Source: a virus
IMG/VR virus record: IMGVR_UViG_3300045988_076196
Span: 1 to 64,000 of that record
Length of the DNA: 64,000 nucleotides
Reading direction: 5' to 3' (one strand)
The notes beneath the pieces were generated by a model that was not told the origin of the DNA, did not search any database, and saw only the letters and a list, made by a program, of their open reading frames with translations. The position numbers and the translations under genes were made by a program. Position 1 is the stretch's first letter, and each line of letters begins with the position of its first letter. Below are positions 19,653 through 27,381 of this stretch, piece after piece.

Positions 19653-21015
19653 CCCTACTTGATTTACCTTGTTTGATTAACTCATCTTGTAGGGTATTGG
19701 CAAATTCTACTTTATTTGAAAATTCACTATGTACTAAGCACAGTTTATCATAATCTATATTCTGATAATATTGCATAAGTTGGTTATAATTAGCATGAGA
19801 TGAAAACGTATTCAAACAATATATCTGAGCATTGTTCTGAATCATCTCACCATCAAGCATGATTTCTTTTGCGCCATGCTTGATTTCATATGCAAGCGTA
19901 TTAGGACTAGCATAGCCAGAGAATAGCACGGCATTGTTGTTATTGGGAAGAATGTATTTAAGATGTGCCAAAGCCCGCCCAGCATTGAGCATACCGCTAC
20001 TAGCCACTATAATGGCTCGTTCATTTGATTGCTGAATAGTTTGGCTTTCTTCCCATGATTCAATTAGCCGCAAATTGAGTTTATCTTCATAATCTAGTTG
20101 CTCTGACCATGCTCTATAGATACGACAGGCAAGCGGAGAATCAAGATAAACAGGAATCATCTGTCCGTCAATCTTTCGCTCTGTGGCTCGTGTGCGCCAT
20201 AGCACATCAAGAATGTCCTCTACACGCTGTAAGCTAAAAGCTGGCATTAAGATGCGATTATATTGGTATATAGCAGCATTGATAATCTGCTCATCATACC
20301 ATCGGTCTTTCTTCATACTATAGCATCTAGCCGGGTCACTATAAGTACATTCGCCAACCACAACATTACATCTTGGCAATGACTCGATTGGCGGTACAGA
20401 TACGCTCTTAGCCTCTGTATTAAAATCGCCCGTAAAGCCAATTCGCTTTATACTATACCCCTGTTTGATTTCTAACATTGCTTGAGCCGAATGAATGATA
20501 TGTCCGGCATGATAATACGTCAGCTTTGCACCGCCTACAATGGCCGTAGGAACACCAAACGGAACTTCGACAAGCCATTGCATCACCTTGTCAATATCAG
20601 CCTCAGTAGCTAATGGCGGCGCTTTGATACCATGTTTATTCTGCATCTTTAAGCTATCCTGCGCCATGATTTTAATACAATCATCCATCATTATCTTAAG
20701 GATGGGGATTGAGCCTTGAGGGATATAGATATATGCTTGCATGCCCATAGCAACAGCGGCAAGCAACCCAAGACAATGGTCTGCATGTAGATGAGTAATG
20801 ATAACGCCGTGCACCGTCTTTGGCTTTATTTTCCTCATCTGTTCACGGTTAGCGCGATAATCAGCTACTAGGTTATTAGTCTGAATTAGACCCATATCAA
20901 CAGCTAATTTGATATTGTCGAATCGAACAATCGTGCATGAACCGGTTACAGATGCGGCATTACCACCAATGAAATGCAGATATGGCTTAGATGTGCCAGA
21001 TGATTTAGCTGGCAT
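19615..21015 (-). CDS. metallo-beta-lactamase / beta-CASP family nuclease
   Basis: HLHADH motif (ITHLHADHCLG); about 466 aa, consistent with MBL + beta-CASP; ATG 21015 preceded by GAGGAGG. Confidence 0.8.
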   Translation of the reverse strand: MPAKSSGTSKPYLHFIGGNAASVTGSCTIVRFDNIKLAVDMGLIQTNNLVADYRANREQMRKIKPKTVHGVIITHLHADHCLGLLAAVAMGMQAYIYIPQGSIPILKIMMDDCIKIMAQDSLKMQNKHGIKAPPLATEADIDKVMQWLVEVPFGVPTAIVGGAKLTYYHAGHIIHSAQAMLEIKQGYSIKRIGFTGDFNTEAKSVSVPPIESLPRCNVVVGECTYSDPARCYSMKKDRWYDEQIINAAIYQYNRILMPAFSLQRVEDILDVLWRTRATERKIDGQMIPVYLDSPLACRIYRAWSEQLDYEDKLNLRLIESWEESQTIQQSNERAIIVASSGMLNAGRALAHLKYILPNNNNAVLFSGYASPNTLAYEIKHGAKEIMLDGEMIQNNAQIYCLNTFSSHANYNQLMQYYQNIDYDKLCLVHSEFSNKVEFANTLQDELIKQGKSSRVVCTQQDQKVWL

Positions 21016-21325
21016 TAGCCGCCTCCTCATCCTTTTTACCTGTTGGTAAATATGCCCATGCCACAACGTCATCCCAATCACCATAATTATCAAGATAATA
21101 TAAGTTATATCCAGCATATCCATCTAGCATACAAGTATCTTGCGATACATCGCCGCTTTTACCCAACACTAGAATGTCTCTATTCTCATCCGGTAATTCA
21201 CAGTCAAACATATAAAGAGGGTATTCACATTCAGATAAACCCCATTCAGCAAATCCTTCAAGTTCTTCCTCAGTGGGCGGTCTGGTTACAACCTCATGCC
21301 ATACAATTTTTTCAATCCATTCCAT
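21005..21325 (-). CDS. hypothetical acidic protein (106 aa)
   Basis: operon strand. Confidence 0.6.
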   Translation of the reverse strand: MEWIEKIVWHEVVTRPPTEEELEGFAEWGLSECEYPLYMFDCELPDENRDILVLGKSGDVSQDTCMLDGYAGYNLYYLDNYGDWDDVVAWAYLPTGKKDEEAANAS

Positions 21326-21522
21326 TAAGCCGACTTACCCTCCTTCCTCATCTTTAGCACATTTCTCAGCACACAATCCATACAATTCAGATCAGCGTCA
21401 TTCCACATTTTATCTCTTTGTGCCGTCATGCGTGGGTCAATTCTTACATATCGGTCACAATTTGGCTGATAATCACAACGCATACAAGGAATTTCATAAA
21501 CATGCTTAGGTCTACGGCTCAT
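21325..21522 (-). CDS. Cys-containing small protein (65 aa)
   Basis: operon strand. Confidence 0.5.
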   Translation of the reverse strand: MSRRPKHVYEIPCMRCDYQPNCDRYVRIDPRMTAQRDKMWNDADLNCMDCVLRNVLKMRKEGKSA

Positions 21523-21782
21523 TCGTATTCCTCCTCATATTCAGGCTCTGTCGGTAAGCTAAATCCAATAGCTTGAGTAATAGCAGGACTTGGCGCAATC
21601 TTTTCAGCAGCAGCTTCGTGCTCTGCTTTGTCAAGTTCTAGCTCCATCGACATGCGGTTAATCTTGGCATTGATAACTGACTGTACCAAATCCACAATTG
21701 AGCCGCACAGAGGCAACAGTGAGCTTACAAACAGGACTGCGCCTCCTGCAATCCATAGGGGCGTTAGATGGTCTTTATTCAT
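21519..21782 (-). CDS. membrane protein (87 aa)
   Basis: N-terminal hydrophobic helix LWIAGGAVLFVSSLLPLCGSIV. Confidence 0.6.
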   Translation of the reverse strand: MNKDHLTPLWIAGGAVLFVSSLLPLCGSIVDLVQSVINAKINRMSMELELDKAEHEAAAEKIAPSPAITQAIGFSLPTEPEYEEEYE

Positions 21783-21862
21783 AGACGATTATCCTTTGCT
21801 TCATAAAATAATACAAGAATCCATAGAATAAGAAAGATAAACAGAATCAGACCATCATCCAT
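21779..21862 (-). CDS. 27-aa hydrophobic peptide (candidate)
   Basis: MDDGLILFIFLILWILVLFYEAKDNRL; ATGA-type overlaps on both sides. Confidence 0.35.
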   Translation of the reverse strand: MDDGLILFIFLILWILVLFYEAKDNRL

Positions 21863-22109
21863 TATTAGCCTCATTCTCATTGTCTACCGGCGTAGACATT
21901 TCTTTCATTTTCTCCATCCTGTCGTCAGCCTCACCAACCTTGGCTTTGATTAGGTCTTTAATCACCTTAGCCGAGGTTAGCGGCACAATCTGCTTGCTGA
22001 TTTCATAAATGCAAGCGTCCCATCCCGTCATTAGGCCGCGATTAAAATGCTCTTTCAGCTTTTCTTCAATGCTCTCAGCAATAATTTCTTTCAGCTTATC
22101 GTCAGACAT
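21855..22109 (-). CDS. hypothetical protein (84 aa)
   Basis: operon strand. Confidence 0.6.
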   Translation of the reverse strand: MSDDKLKEIIAESIEEKLKEHFNRGLMTGWDACIYEISKQIVPLTSAKVIKDLIKAKVGEADDRMEKMKEMSTPVDNENEANNG

Positions 22110-22413
22110 AATTCCCTCCTACTCTAATGTCGCACCTTGGACAATACACTTCTGTCACTGGCTCATAACGCGGCGGCTCATCTACTTCACTATGATAAAC
22201 CAGATGTGTATATGACTCTAGCTTAGAGCCACATTCAGGACATCTATTCATCGCCTCTAGTTCTCTAGTTGCCGCATATACTAGGCGCATATCCTTGAGT
22301 GATGCCAGATATAATAGGCAATCTACTGCAATATCTTGATTGCTATCATAGTAACCTAGAACAGCCTTTACAACTTCGTCGTACATATCAATCATTCTAC
22401 TAGCTCCAGCCAT
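22102..22413 (-). CDS. zinc-ribbon protein (103 aa)
   Basis: CPECG...CPRC. Confidence 0.6.
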   Translation of the reverse strand: MAGASRMIDMYDEVVKAVLGYYDSNQDIAVDCLLYLASLKDMRLVYAATRELEAMNRCPECGSKLESYTHLVYHSEVDEPPRYEPVTEVYCPRCDIRVGGNYV

Positions 22414-22955
22414 TCTGTATCAACAATGAATCCATACTGATTATCCATGTCTACAATATAAGCAAGCGTCTGATTCTTATGTTCACCACGAACAAACACA
22501 TCAAAATCATGATCTTCAAGCATCCTGTCTCGTGGGTTAAATTGTTCGTTTGTTTTATAAGCCCACATTACAAAGCAAGACATAATTTCATTATACTCAC
22601 ACCAATCACACACATCATGAGGAAGATACCAATCGACACAATTATGCTTAAATTTGACAACATCCCCAACCTTAATTTCTCTTGGCTTCTTTACATCATT
22701 CATTTTTTCTTTGAGTTCATCAAGCCCGACCTGTAGCCGCCAATCATCATCTAGATGACAACGAGCCTCAACCTTCTTACCGTCCTTACTCGTCATCGTC
22801 ATGCGATTGCCCTCAATATGCAGGTCATAATCGCCCTCTAGCCACTTTGGCGCTAGATTCTTTTCGTAGAATTTGTATTCTAGCTTCATATCTTTCTTTT
22901 TCCTCTCTTTCATAATTTCATCATATAGACTATTAAATACATCTTCCCACATCAT
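22392..22955 (-). CDS. hypothetical protein (187 aa)
   Basis: operon strand. Confidence 0.6.
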   Translation of the reverse strand: MMWEDVFNSLYDEIMKERKKKDMKLEYKFYEKNLAPKWLEGDYDLHIEGNRMTMTSKDGKKVEARCHLDDDWRLQVGLDELKEKMNDVKKPREIKVGDVVKFKHNCVDWYLPHDVCDWCEYNEIMSCFVMWAYKTNEQFNPRDRMLEDHDFDVFVRGEHKNQTLAYIVDMDNQYGFIVDTEWLELVE

Positions 22956-22973
22956 TGTTTATATCCTCCTCAA

Positions 22974-23813
22974 TTAAAAATTCACCACGCTCATAGCGTT
23001 GATTGCACGTTTCTCTGTGCGCTTGATATATCTGTTCGCCGTAATAGCAATTGAGCTATGGCCCATTGCCTTACTAATTACCTCAATCGGCACATCAGCC
23101 TCAGACATCATAGTAGCAAATGTACGGCGCATCGTATGATTGCTAATATGCAATTCTTCCCAATTTTCAATACCAGCTTTTCTGGCACATACTTTGAGCA
23201 TAGCACTAGTATTCTTGCCATCCATTTTATTGCCACGATTGCCAACAAACAGATATTCACAGCCATTTTTGCGCTCATTGGAAATATAATTATCAATCAG
23301 CTTAACCGTCTCATCAGACAAACCAATCAATCTATCCTTATCGCCTTTACCACGGATAACAAGTACATTACTGCTGCGAGATTCATACTGTTCAAGCGTG
23401 ATATTAAGCAATTCATAAATACGCAATCCAGTCTGTGCAAGCATCATAATAATTGCTTTATTGCGCAGATTGGTTGCAGCATTGACCATCGCTCTAACCT
23501 GTTCACCAGTCAGTGCGGATTGCTCACGATTCTTGATAGCAGGAGCTTCAAGAAATTCAGCAGGATTGCGCTGAATGAACTCGTTGCGATACAGGAATTT
23601 GAAATACTCACGAACCGCAGATGTTCTCTGAGCCACAGATGCAGAACTGAGATTGCTCATGCTGGACTGCCACAGCTCGAGGTCGATGGTCTTGATTTCA
23701 GCTTCAGGCTTATTGACATATGCCATACAATTCTCAATCGCCTTAGTATATTCCCTAATTGTGCCCTCGCTACGGTGCTTTGCCTTGAGGCTCATGATAA
23801 ACAGCTCGTTCAT
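22974..23813 (-). CDS. tyrosine recombinase (XerC/D / phage integrase family)
   Basis: GLRIYELLNI (Arg I), HTMRRTF (H-x-x-R) and GHSSIAITANRYI (catalytic Tyr). Confidence 0.85.
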   Translation of the reverse strand: MNELFIMSLKAKHRSEGTIREYTKAIENCMAYVNKPEAEIKTIDLELWQSSMSNLSSASVAQRTSAVREYFKFLYRNEFIQRNPAEFLEAPAIKNREQSALTGEQVRAMVNAATNLRNKAIIMMLAQTGLRIYELLNITLEQYESRSSNVLVIRGKGDKDRLIGLSDETVKLIDNYISNERKNGCEYLFVGNRGNKMDGKNTSAMLKVCARKAGIENWEELHISNHTMRRTFATMMSEADVPIEVISKAMGHSSIAITANRYIKRTEKRAINAMSVVNF

Positions 23814-23842
23814 TTCTTATTCCTCCTTTATTTGATGATTTA

Positions 23843-23871
23843 AGTATAGCACCATAGCGGCGATTTGTCAA
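23843..23871 (-). promoter_or_regulatory. sigma70-type promoter
   Basis: TTGACA 23871..23866, 17 nt, TATACT 23848..23843. Confidence 0.65.
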
Positions 23872-23874
23872 GTG

Positions 23875-24114
23875 TTATTTTTCTATTTTGGGAAATGCCT
23901 CACACACTCTTACACCATCGGCACATAGATACCACTTGCCGCTCTCTGTGTCTTGCTTGAAATCGTAATGAGTAGTAATTCTCATTGCTATATCAATGTC
24001 GTGCTGAGTAATTGTCCTTGGCTTAATTTCATAACTAAAGTAATTATGTAATTCAGCAATTAACTTGTCGCCATTATAAAGTTTGACATTGCCTGTTTCT
24101 GCTACATATTTCAT
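23875..24114 (-). CDS. hypothetical protein (79 aa)
   Basis: GAGGTG RBS. Confidence 0.6.
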   Translation of the reverse strand: MKYVAETGNVKLYNGDKLIAELHNYFSYEIKPRTITQHDIDIAMRITTHYDFKQDTESGKWYLCADGVRVCEAFPKIEK

Positions 24115-24132
24115 CTCATCACCTCTTTCTTT

Positions 24133-24170
24133 TAGAAAAATCCCTACAATCTTTCGACCATAGGGATTTT
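24133..24170 (-). terminator. rho-independent terminator after the HU gene
   Basis: minus strand AAATCCCTA...TAGGGATTT stem followed by TTTCT. Confidence 0.7.
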
Positions 24171-24184
24171 AACAGGAGGATTAT

Positions 24185-24460
24185 TTACTCATTGATTTCT
24201 GCCTTCAGTGTGCTTGTTGGCTTAAACGTCAGAGCATACTTGGCAGGAACTTCAATGGTTTCACCAGTCTGCGGATTACGAGCAGTACGAGCATCGCGTA
24301 GCTTAGTTGTGAACTTGCCAAAACCATGAATCACTACATCTTCATGCTGGACTAGGCTATGTCTAATATAGTCAATAAACGTGTCTACGATTTCAGTTGT
24401 GTCCTTGACTGTATTCTCTGTGCTATCTGCTACAAACTTGATTAGTTCCTTCTTTGTCAT
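24185..24460 (-). CDS. HU/IHF-family (DNABII) DNA-binding protein
   Basis: 91 aa; GFGKF...R.ARNPQTGE.I.VPA...F motif pattern. Confidence 0.9.
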   Translation of the reverse strand: MTKKELIKFVADSTENTVKDTTEIVDTFIDYIRHSLVQHEDVVIHGFGKFTTKLRDARTARNPQTGETIEVPAKYALTFKPTSTLKAEINE

Positions 24461-24607
24461 AAATTCCTTTTAATTTCCTTTCGATTTCTAATAAAATTTT
24501 ATTAAAACAAGTCGCAATGTTCATGCGCATATTGACTTGATATATGGGGTTATTGTTCCACTATCAACTACTTACAGGGTCCTCTTACCTAAGCCCTATA
24601 TTATTTT

Positions 24608-24668
24608 GCGCCAAATTGGTTTCGTCACGACGCTATGAGACTTTAACCATTTTACTCTCTCTTTGTCT
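24608..24668 (-). ncRNA. structured RNA motif, copy A of a tandem pair
   Basis: minus sense CAGACAAAGAG, stem GAGA/TCTC, AUAG, then hairpin GCGUCG/UGGCGC with loop UGACGAAACCAAUU. Confidence 0.55.
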
Positions 24669-24730
24669 GGCACTCGTCTACCAGCTCGACACGTCATTTA
24701 TCCTTGGACTTAATGCCGATTTAGACTACT

Positions 24731-24790
24731 GTGCGGAATTGGTTTCGTCACCGCACTATGAGCCTTTGACCAAGCCTGCTCTTTGTCTGT
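24731..24790 (-). ncRNA. structured RNA motif, copy B of a tandem pair
   Basis: same architecture with compensated stems GAGC/GCUC and GUGCGG/CCGCAC and an identical 14-nt loop. Confidence 0.55.
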
Positions 24791-24859
24791 TTCCCGAATT
24801 ATTGAACAGCAGTCAACGTTGTGTGTTACGCGCGATATTCACCAACGATTTTTAGAATT

Positions 24860-24932
24860 GCCACACTCCTTACAAACCACTGTTAGCGTGAAGTTTACAG
24901 TTGCGCAACCATCTTAAAATCAAGAGTGTGGC
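24860..24932 (-). ncRNA. helix-closed RNA domain in an ORF-free transcript
   Basis: 9-bp long-range helix GCCACACUC/GAGUGUGGC enclosing about 55 nt. Confidence 0.4.
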
Positions 24933-25119
24933 GGCGTTACCTCATAGCATCAGGTGGTCAACCATCAGCTATTCAGCAACTAGCATTTTAACCTATAAAC
25001 TAGACTATCCGCAGTGACCAAATCTTGAGGATTGTCTTACAAAGCTAGGATTTTCAGCTTTTCCTCCAGACGGCTATCAAGTGTGCTTACAACGCTAGTA
25101 GAGGCATGATAGACGTTTT

Positions 25120-25192
25120 TGACCGTGGTAGGATTCGAACCTACATCTCAACCGCTATGAACGGAGAGTATTACCAATTAGGAGACGCGGCC
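25120..25192 (-). tRNA. tRNA-like element, anticodon CAU, degenerate D and anticodon stems
   Basis: acceptor 6/7 pairs, perfect T arm GUAGG-UUCGAAU-CCUAC, U8/A14/G18G19 present, CAU at positions 34-36. D stem (UCCU/AUAC) does not pair, anticodon stem has only 3 bp, and no CCA is encoded. Confidence 0.45.
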
Positions 25193-25243
25193 ATATGGAA
25201 ATGGGCTTTAAGCATCAACCCATTAGAAGCATTGTAAAGTTAT

Positions 25244-25801
25244 TTAATCAATATATTCCCATCTACATCCATGATAACTTTTTTTGCCATTCTTTTGCAT
25301 AGTTACTAACGATATGAGATTTTGGACATGCCTTGCTCTGTTATCGTTATTTGGCGAAAAATATCTAGCAGCATCTGCAAGAGAGTCAAATTCATAGATT
25401 TTTTCGTTTGTTTTCTTGTCATATCCGACAACTCTCTTGGCTTTTGTATTATATTTCCCAGTGTTACAGTATCCTAAAACGTTTCTTGCGTGGTCTGTGT
25501 TTTCTTTAGGAGTGACCCATTCAAGATTTTCTGCTCGATTGTCTGTTTTTACCCCATTGATATGGTTTACTTGATTTTTGTTTGTCGGGTCTGGATTTGA
25601 AACAAAAGTTTTTGCTATTACACTGTGAACCGACATATATTTTGGAATGCCATTCATACATAGTCCGATTATGCAATACCCACGATGATTTATAGAAAAT
25701 TTTAATGGTTTACCAGTTTTACTATAAACAACTCCGTCCGTATCACATTCATAACATTCGTACCCTTTGATTGCTATTGGTTTTCTTTGATAACTCATCA
25801 T
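25244..25801 (-). CDS. HNH homing endonuclease (NUMOD4 + HNH_3 type)
   Basis: YECDTDGVVYS N-terminal module; VNHINGVKTDNRAENLEWVTPKEN. Confidence 0.8.
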   Translation of the reverse strand: MMSYQRKPIAIKGYECYECDTDGVVYSKTGKPLKFSINHRGYCIIGLCMNGIPKYMSVHSVIAKTFVSNPDPTNKNQVNHINGVKTDNRAENLEWVTPKENTDHARNVLGYCNTGKYNTKAKRVVGYDKKTNEKIYEFDSLADAARYFSPNNDNRARHVQNLISLVTMQKNGKKSYHGCRWEYID

Positions 25802-25895
25802 ACACTTCTCCTTAAATGTTATTATAAATATGGCTCAATGAAGGAGCATTGTTATCTCGCTAGTTAATTACTCTAACGCTACCCATATTTATTTA

Positions 25896-25980
25896 TGGTC
25901 TGCGTGGTCGGACTCCAACCGACAAGGCTTACGCCGCCGCATTTTGAGTGCGGTATGTTTAGCAATTTCATCACACGCAG
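25896..25980 (-). tRNA. tRNA-Leu(CAA), class II, with a swapped C19:G56 elbow pair
   Basis: perfect acceptor CUGCGUG/CACGCAG, A73, encoded CCA; anticodon arm CCGCA-CUCAAAA-UGCGG; long variable arm GGC-GUAA-GCC; T loop UUGGAGU. Confidence 0.75.
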
Positions 25981-26047
25981 ATATCTATTTCAAGCCGACT
26001 TCCTGCCTCATAGCTATTTCTAGCATCGGCTCGTGAATGATGTTTAC

Positions 26048-26221
26048 ATAATATCCTTATATCACCTTTGCCGTTATGTTTTTGCATGGATACTAACGTG
26101 ACACGATTGGGCGCGACCCCAATTCTCTAGTCTGTATCTGCCGCTTCTCAAACTCTGCGCAGACCCCAGTGCAGGCGTGATATAGATTTGACGGTTATCT
26201 TCAAATCCGGTCGGATATTAT
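26048..26221 (-). ncRNA. structured RNA domain, copy 1 (174 nt)
   Basis: P1 AUAAUAUCC/GGAUAUUAU, P2 GAUUUGA-AGAUAACCG-UCAAAUC, P3 UAUAUCAC/GUGAUAUA (minus sense). Confidence 0.6.
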
Positions 26222-26365
26222 ATTGTTTGTCAATCCCAATCCCTTTCATTATGCCGAACAGATTGACCGGTGCGCCCTACTTGGCACTACGGTCTTTCGC
26301 ACGACTGCGACCCGCTTTTATGCTTATCTCATTTGTCTCACGCACGTTCCCAATGATCTTAGTAA

Positions 26366-26495
26366 ATAATATCCTTATACCAACTTCAATCTGCTAGTAG
26401 CATCTCATTATCCGTTCTTCTCCAACTCCAGGTGGGCATATGAGTAAGCGTGGTATAGGTCTAACGGTGATCTTTAGACCGCGGTCGGATATTAT
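26366..26495 (-). ncRNA. structured RNA domain, copy 2 (130 nt)
   Basis: same P1; P2 GGUCUAA-AGAUCACCG-UUAGACC; P3 UAUACC/GGUAUA; compensatory changes relative to copy 1. Confidence 0.6.
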
Positions 26496-26604
26496 GATGG
26501 CTGTTCATCTCACTCCATTTACTACTGCTCCTGTAATCCCGGCTTTATTGCTTCGCGATTGCAACGTACCTGAGCTTCGTAGCACCACCATCTTTACATT
26601 CTCA

Positions 26605-26633
26605 ATTATACCATACTTGATTTTATTTGTCAA
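26605..26633 (-). promoter_or_regulatory. sigma70-type promoter driving the ncRNA/tRNA-Leu transcript
   Basis: TTGACA 26633..26628, 17 nt, TATAAT 26610..26605. Confidence 0.7.
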
Positions 26634-26770
26634 GCATTATTTTTACAATCAGCATCCCAACAGCAACGCCAGCCACAAATAAACCTAAACAAGCAAATAA
26701 AATAATCATACACTAATAATCAATAAATTCCTCTTAACTCTTTACCCTACAACTTATACTACTTAATTGA

Positions 26771-27010
26771 CTAATCCTGTTTTTCTTCATTATTAGTCAA
26801 TGATTTCTTTGCTAGACGCGCTGATTTGAGCCGTTCTGCCGCAGCTTGTTTCTGTTCGTCAGTCATTTCTCTTTTTCTGAACGGGTTGTTACCCATGCGG
26901 AACGGATATAGCTCACAGTCATGGATGACGCAATTTTTTACTTCATAAGCTGAGCCACAGCAACAATCCAAACAGTGCTGGCGGATGGCCTTTAGTGGAG
27001 ATTTTTCCAT
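26771..27010 (-). CDS. small zinc-finger protein (79 aa)
   Basis: AAGAGG RBS before ATG 27010; CLDCCCGS...C..HDC motif. Confidence 0.6.
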   Translation of the reverse strand: MEKSPLKAIRQHCLDCCCGSAYEVKNCVIHDCELYPFRMGNNPFRKREMTDEQKQAAAERLKSARLAKKSLTNNEEKQD

Positions 27011-27011
27011 A

Positions 27012-27350
27012 TTACTTAAACCTCTTGGCAATCGCCTTATCAACCATTTCTTCAAAATACTTGACCACTTGAGCATCTGCATTCTTCAGCTCTGAAAAAG
27101 ACGGCGCGAGTGACTTGATTTCTTGCTTCTTGAGAATTGCGTCGCTCACCTTCTGTACTACCTTATCAATAATCTCAGCTTTGTTTTCTTTAACAATCTG
27201 ACGTGCTTCTTCTTCTGTTAAGCTGTATTTGCCTTCTGTTAATAGATTATCTGTAATTGATTTCACTATTCCATCTCTTATATCTTGCTTAAAATCATAA
27301 GAGCCATACTCTTCGTACCAGCTGTCATCAATATCAAAATATAGTCGCAT
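27012..27350 (-). CDS. hypothetical protein (112 aa)
   Basis: GAGGTG RBS; immediately downstream of the tRNA at 27382..27474. Confidence 0.6.
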   Translation of the reverse strand: MRLYFDIDDSWYEEYGSYDFKQDIRDGIVKSITDNLLTEGKYSLTEEEARQIVKENKAEIIDKVVQKVSDAILKKQEIKSLAPSFSELKNADAQVVKYFEEMVDKAIAKRFK

Positions 27351-27381
27351 ATTATCACCTCATTAGATTTGGATTTTATCA

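Noticed and set aside
23058-23843. A 261-aa plus-strand ORF, plus many other 60-140-aa ORF-track entries lying antisense to confident genes (for example 394..618, 8043..8231, 16523..16828, 18114..18536, 45597..46016 and 56486..56845)
   Set aside because: They are mirror-frame ORFs inside well-supported genes on the opposite strand. They have no RBS and low-complexity or odd composition, and the opposite-strand products have clear motifs.
24600-24800. Possible mini CRISPR array or toxI-like repeat array (two repeats 123 nt apart)
   Set aside because: There are only two copies, and they are not identical. The differences are compensatory within hairpins, which is a structured-RNA signature. 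No cas or toxN-like gene is nearby.
24900-25010. Hammerhead-like CUGAUG strings in the ORF-free transcript
   Set aside because: The full CUGANGA...GAAA core with three flanking helices cannot be assembled.
26623-26709. A 28-aa hydrophobic peptide ORF (MIILFACLGLFVAGVAVGMLIVKIMLDK) upstream of the ncRNA promoter
   Set aside because: The nearest SD-like element is more than 20 nt from the ATG, and the 3' end overlaps the -35 hexamer. It is possible but unsupported.
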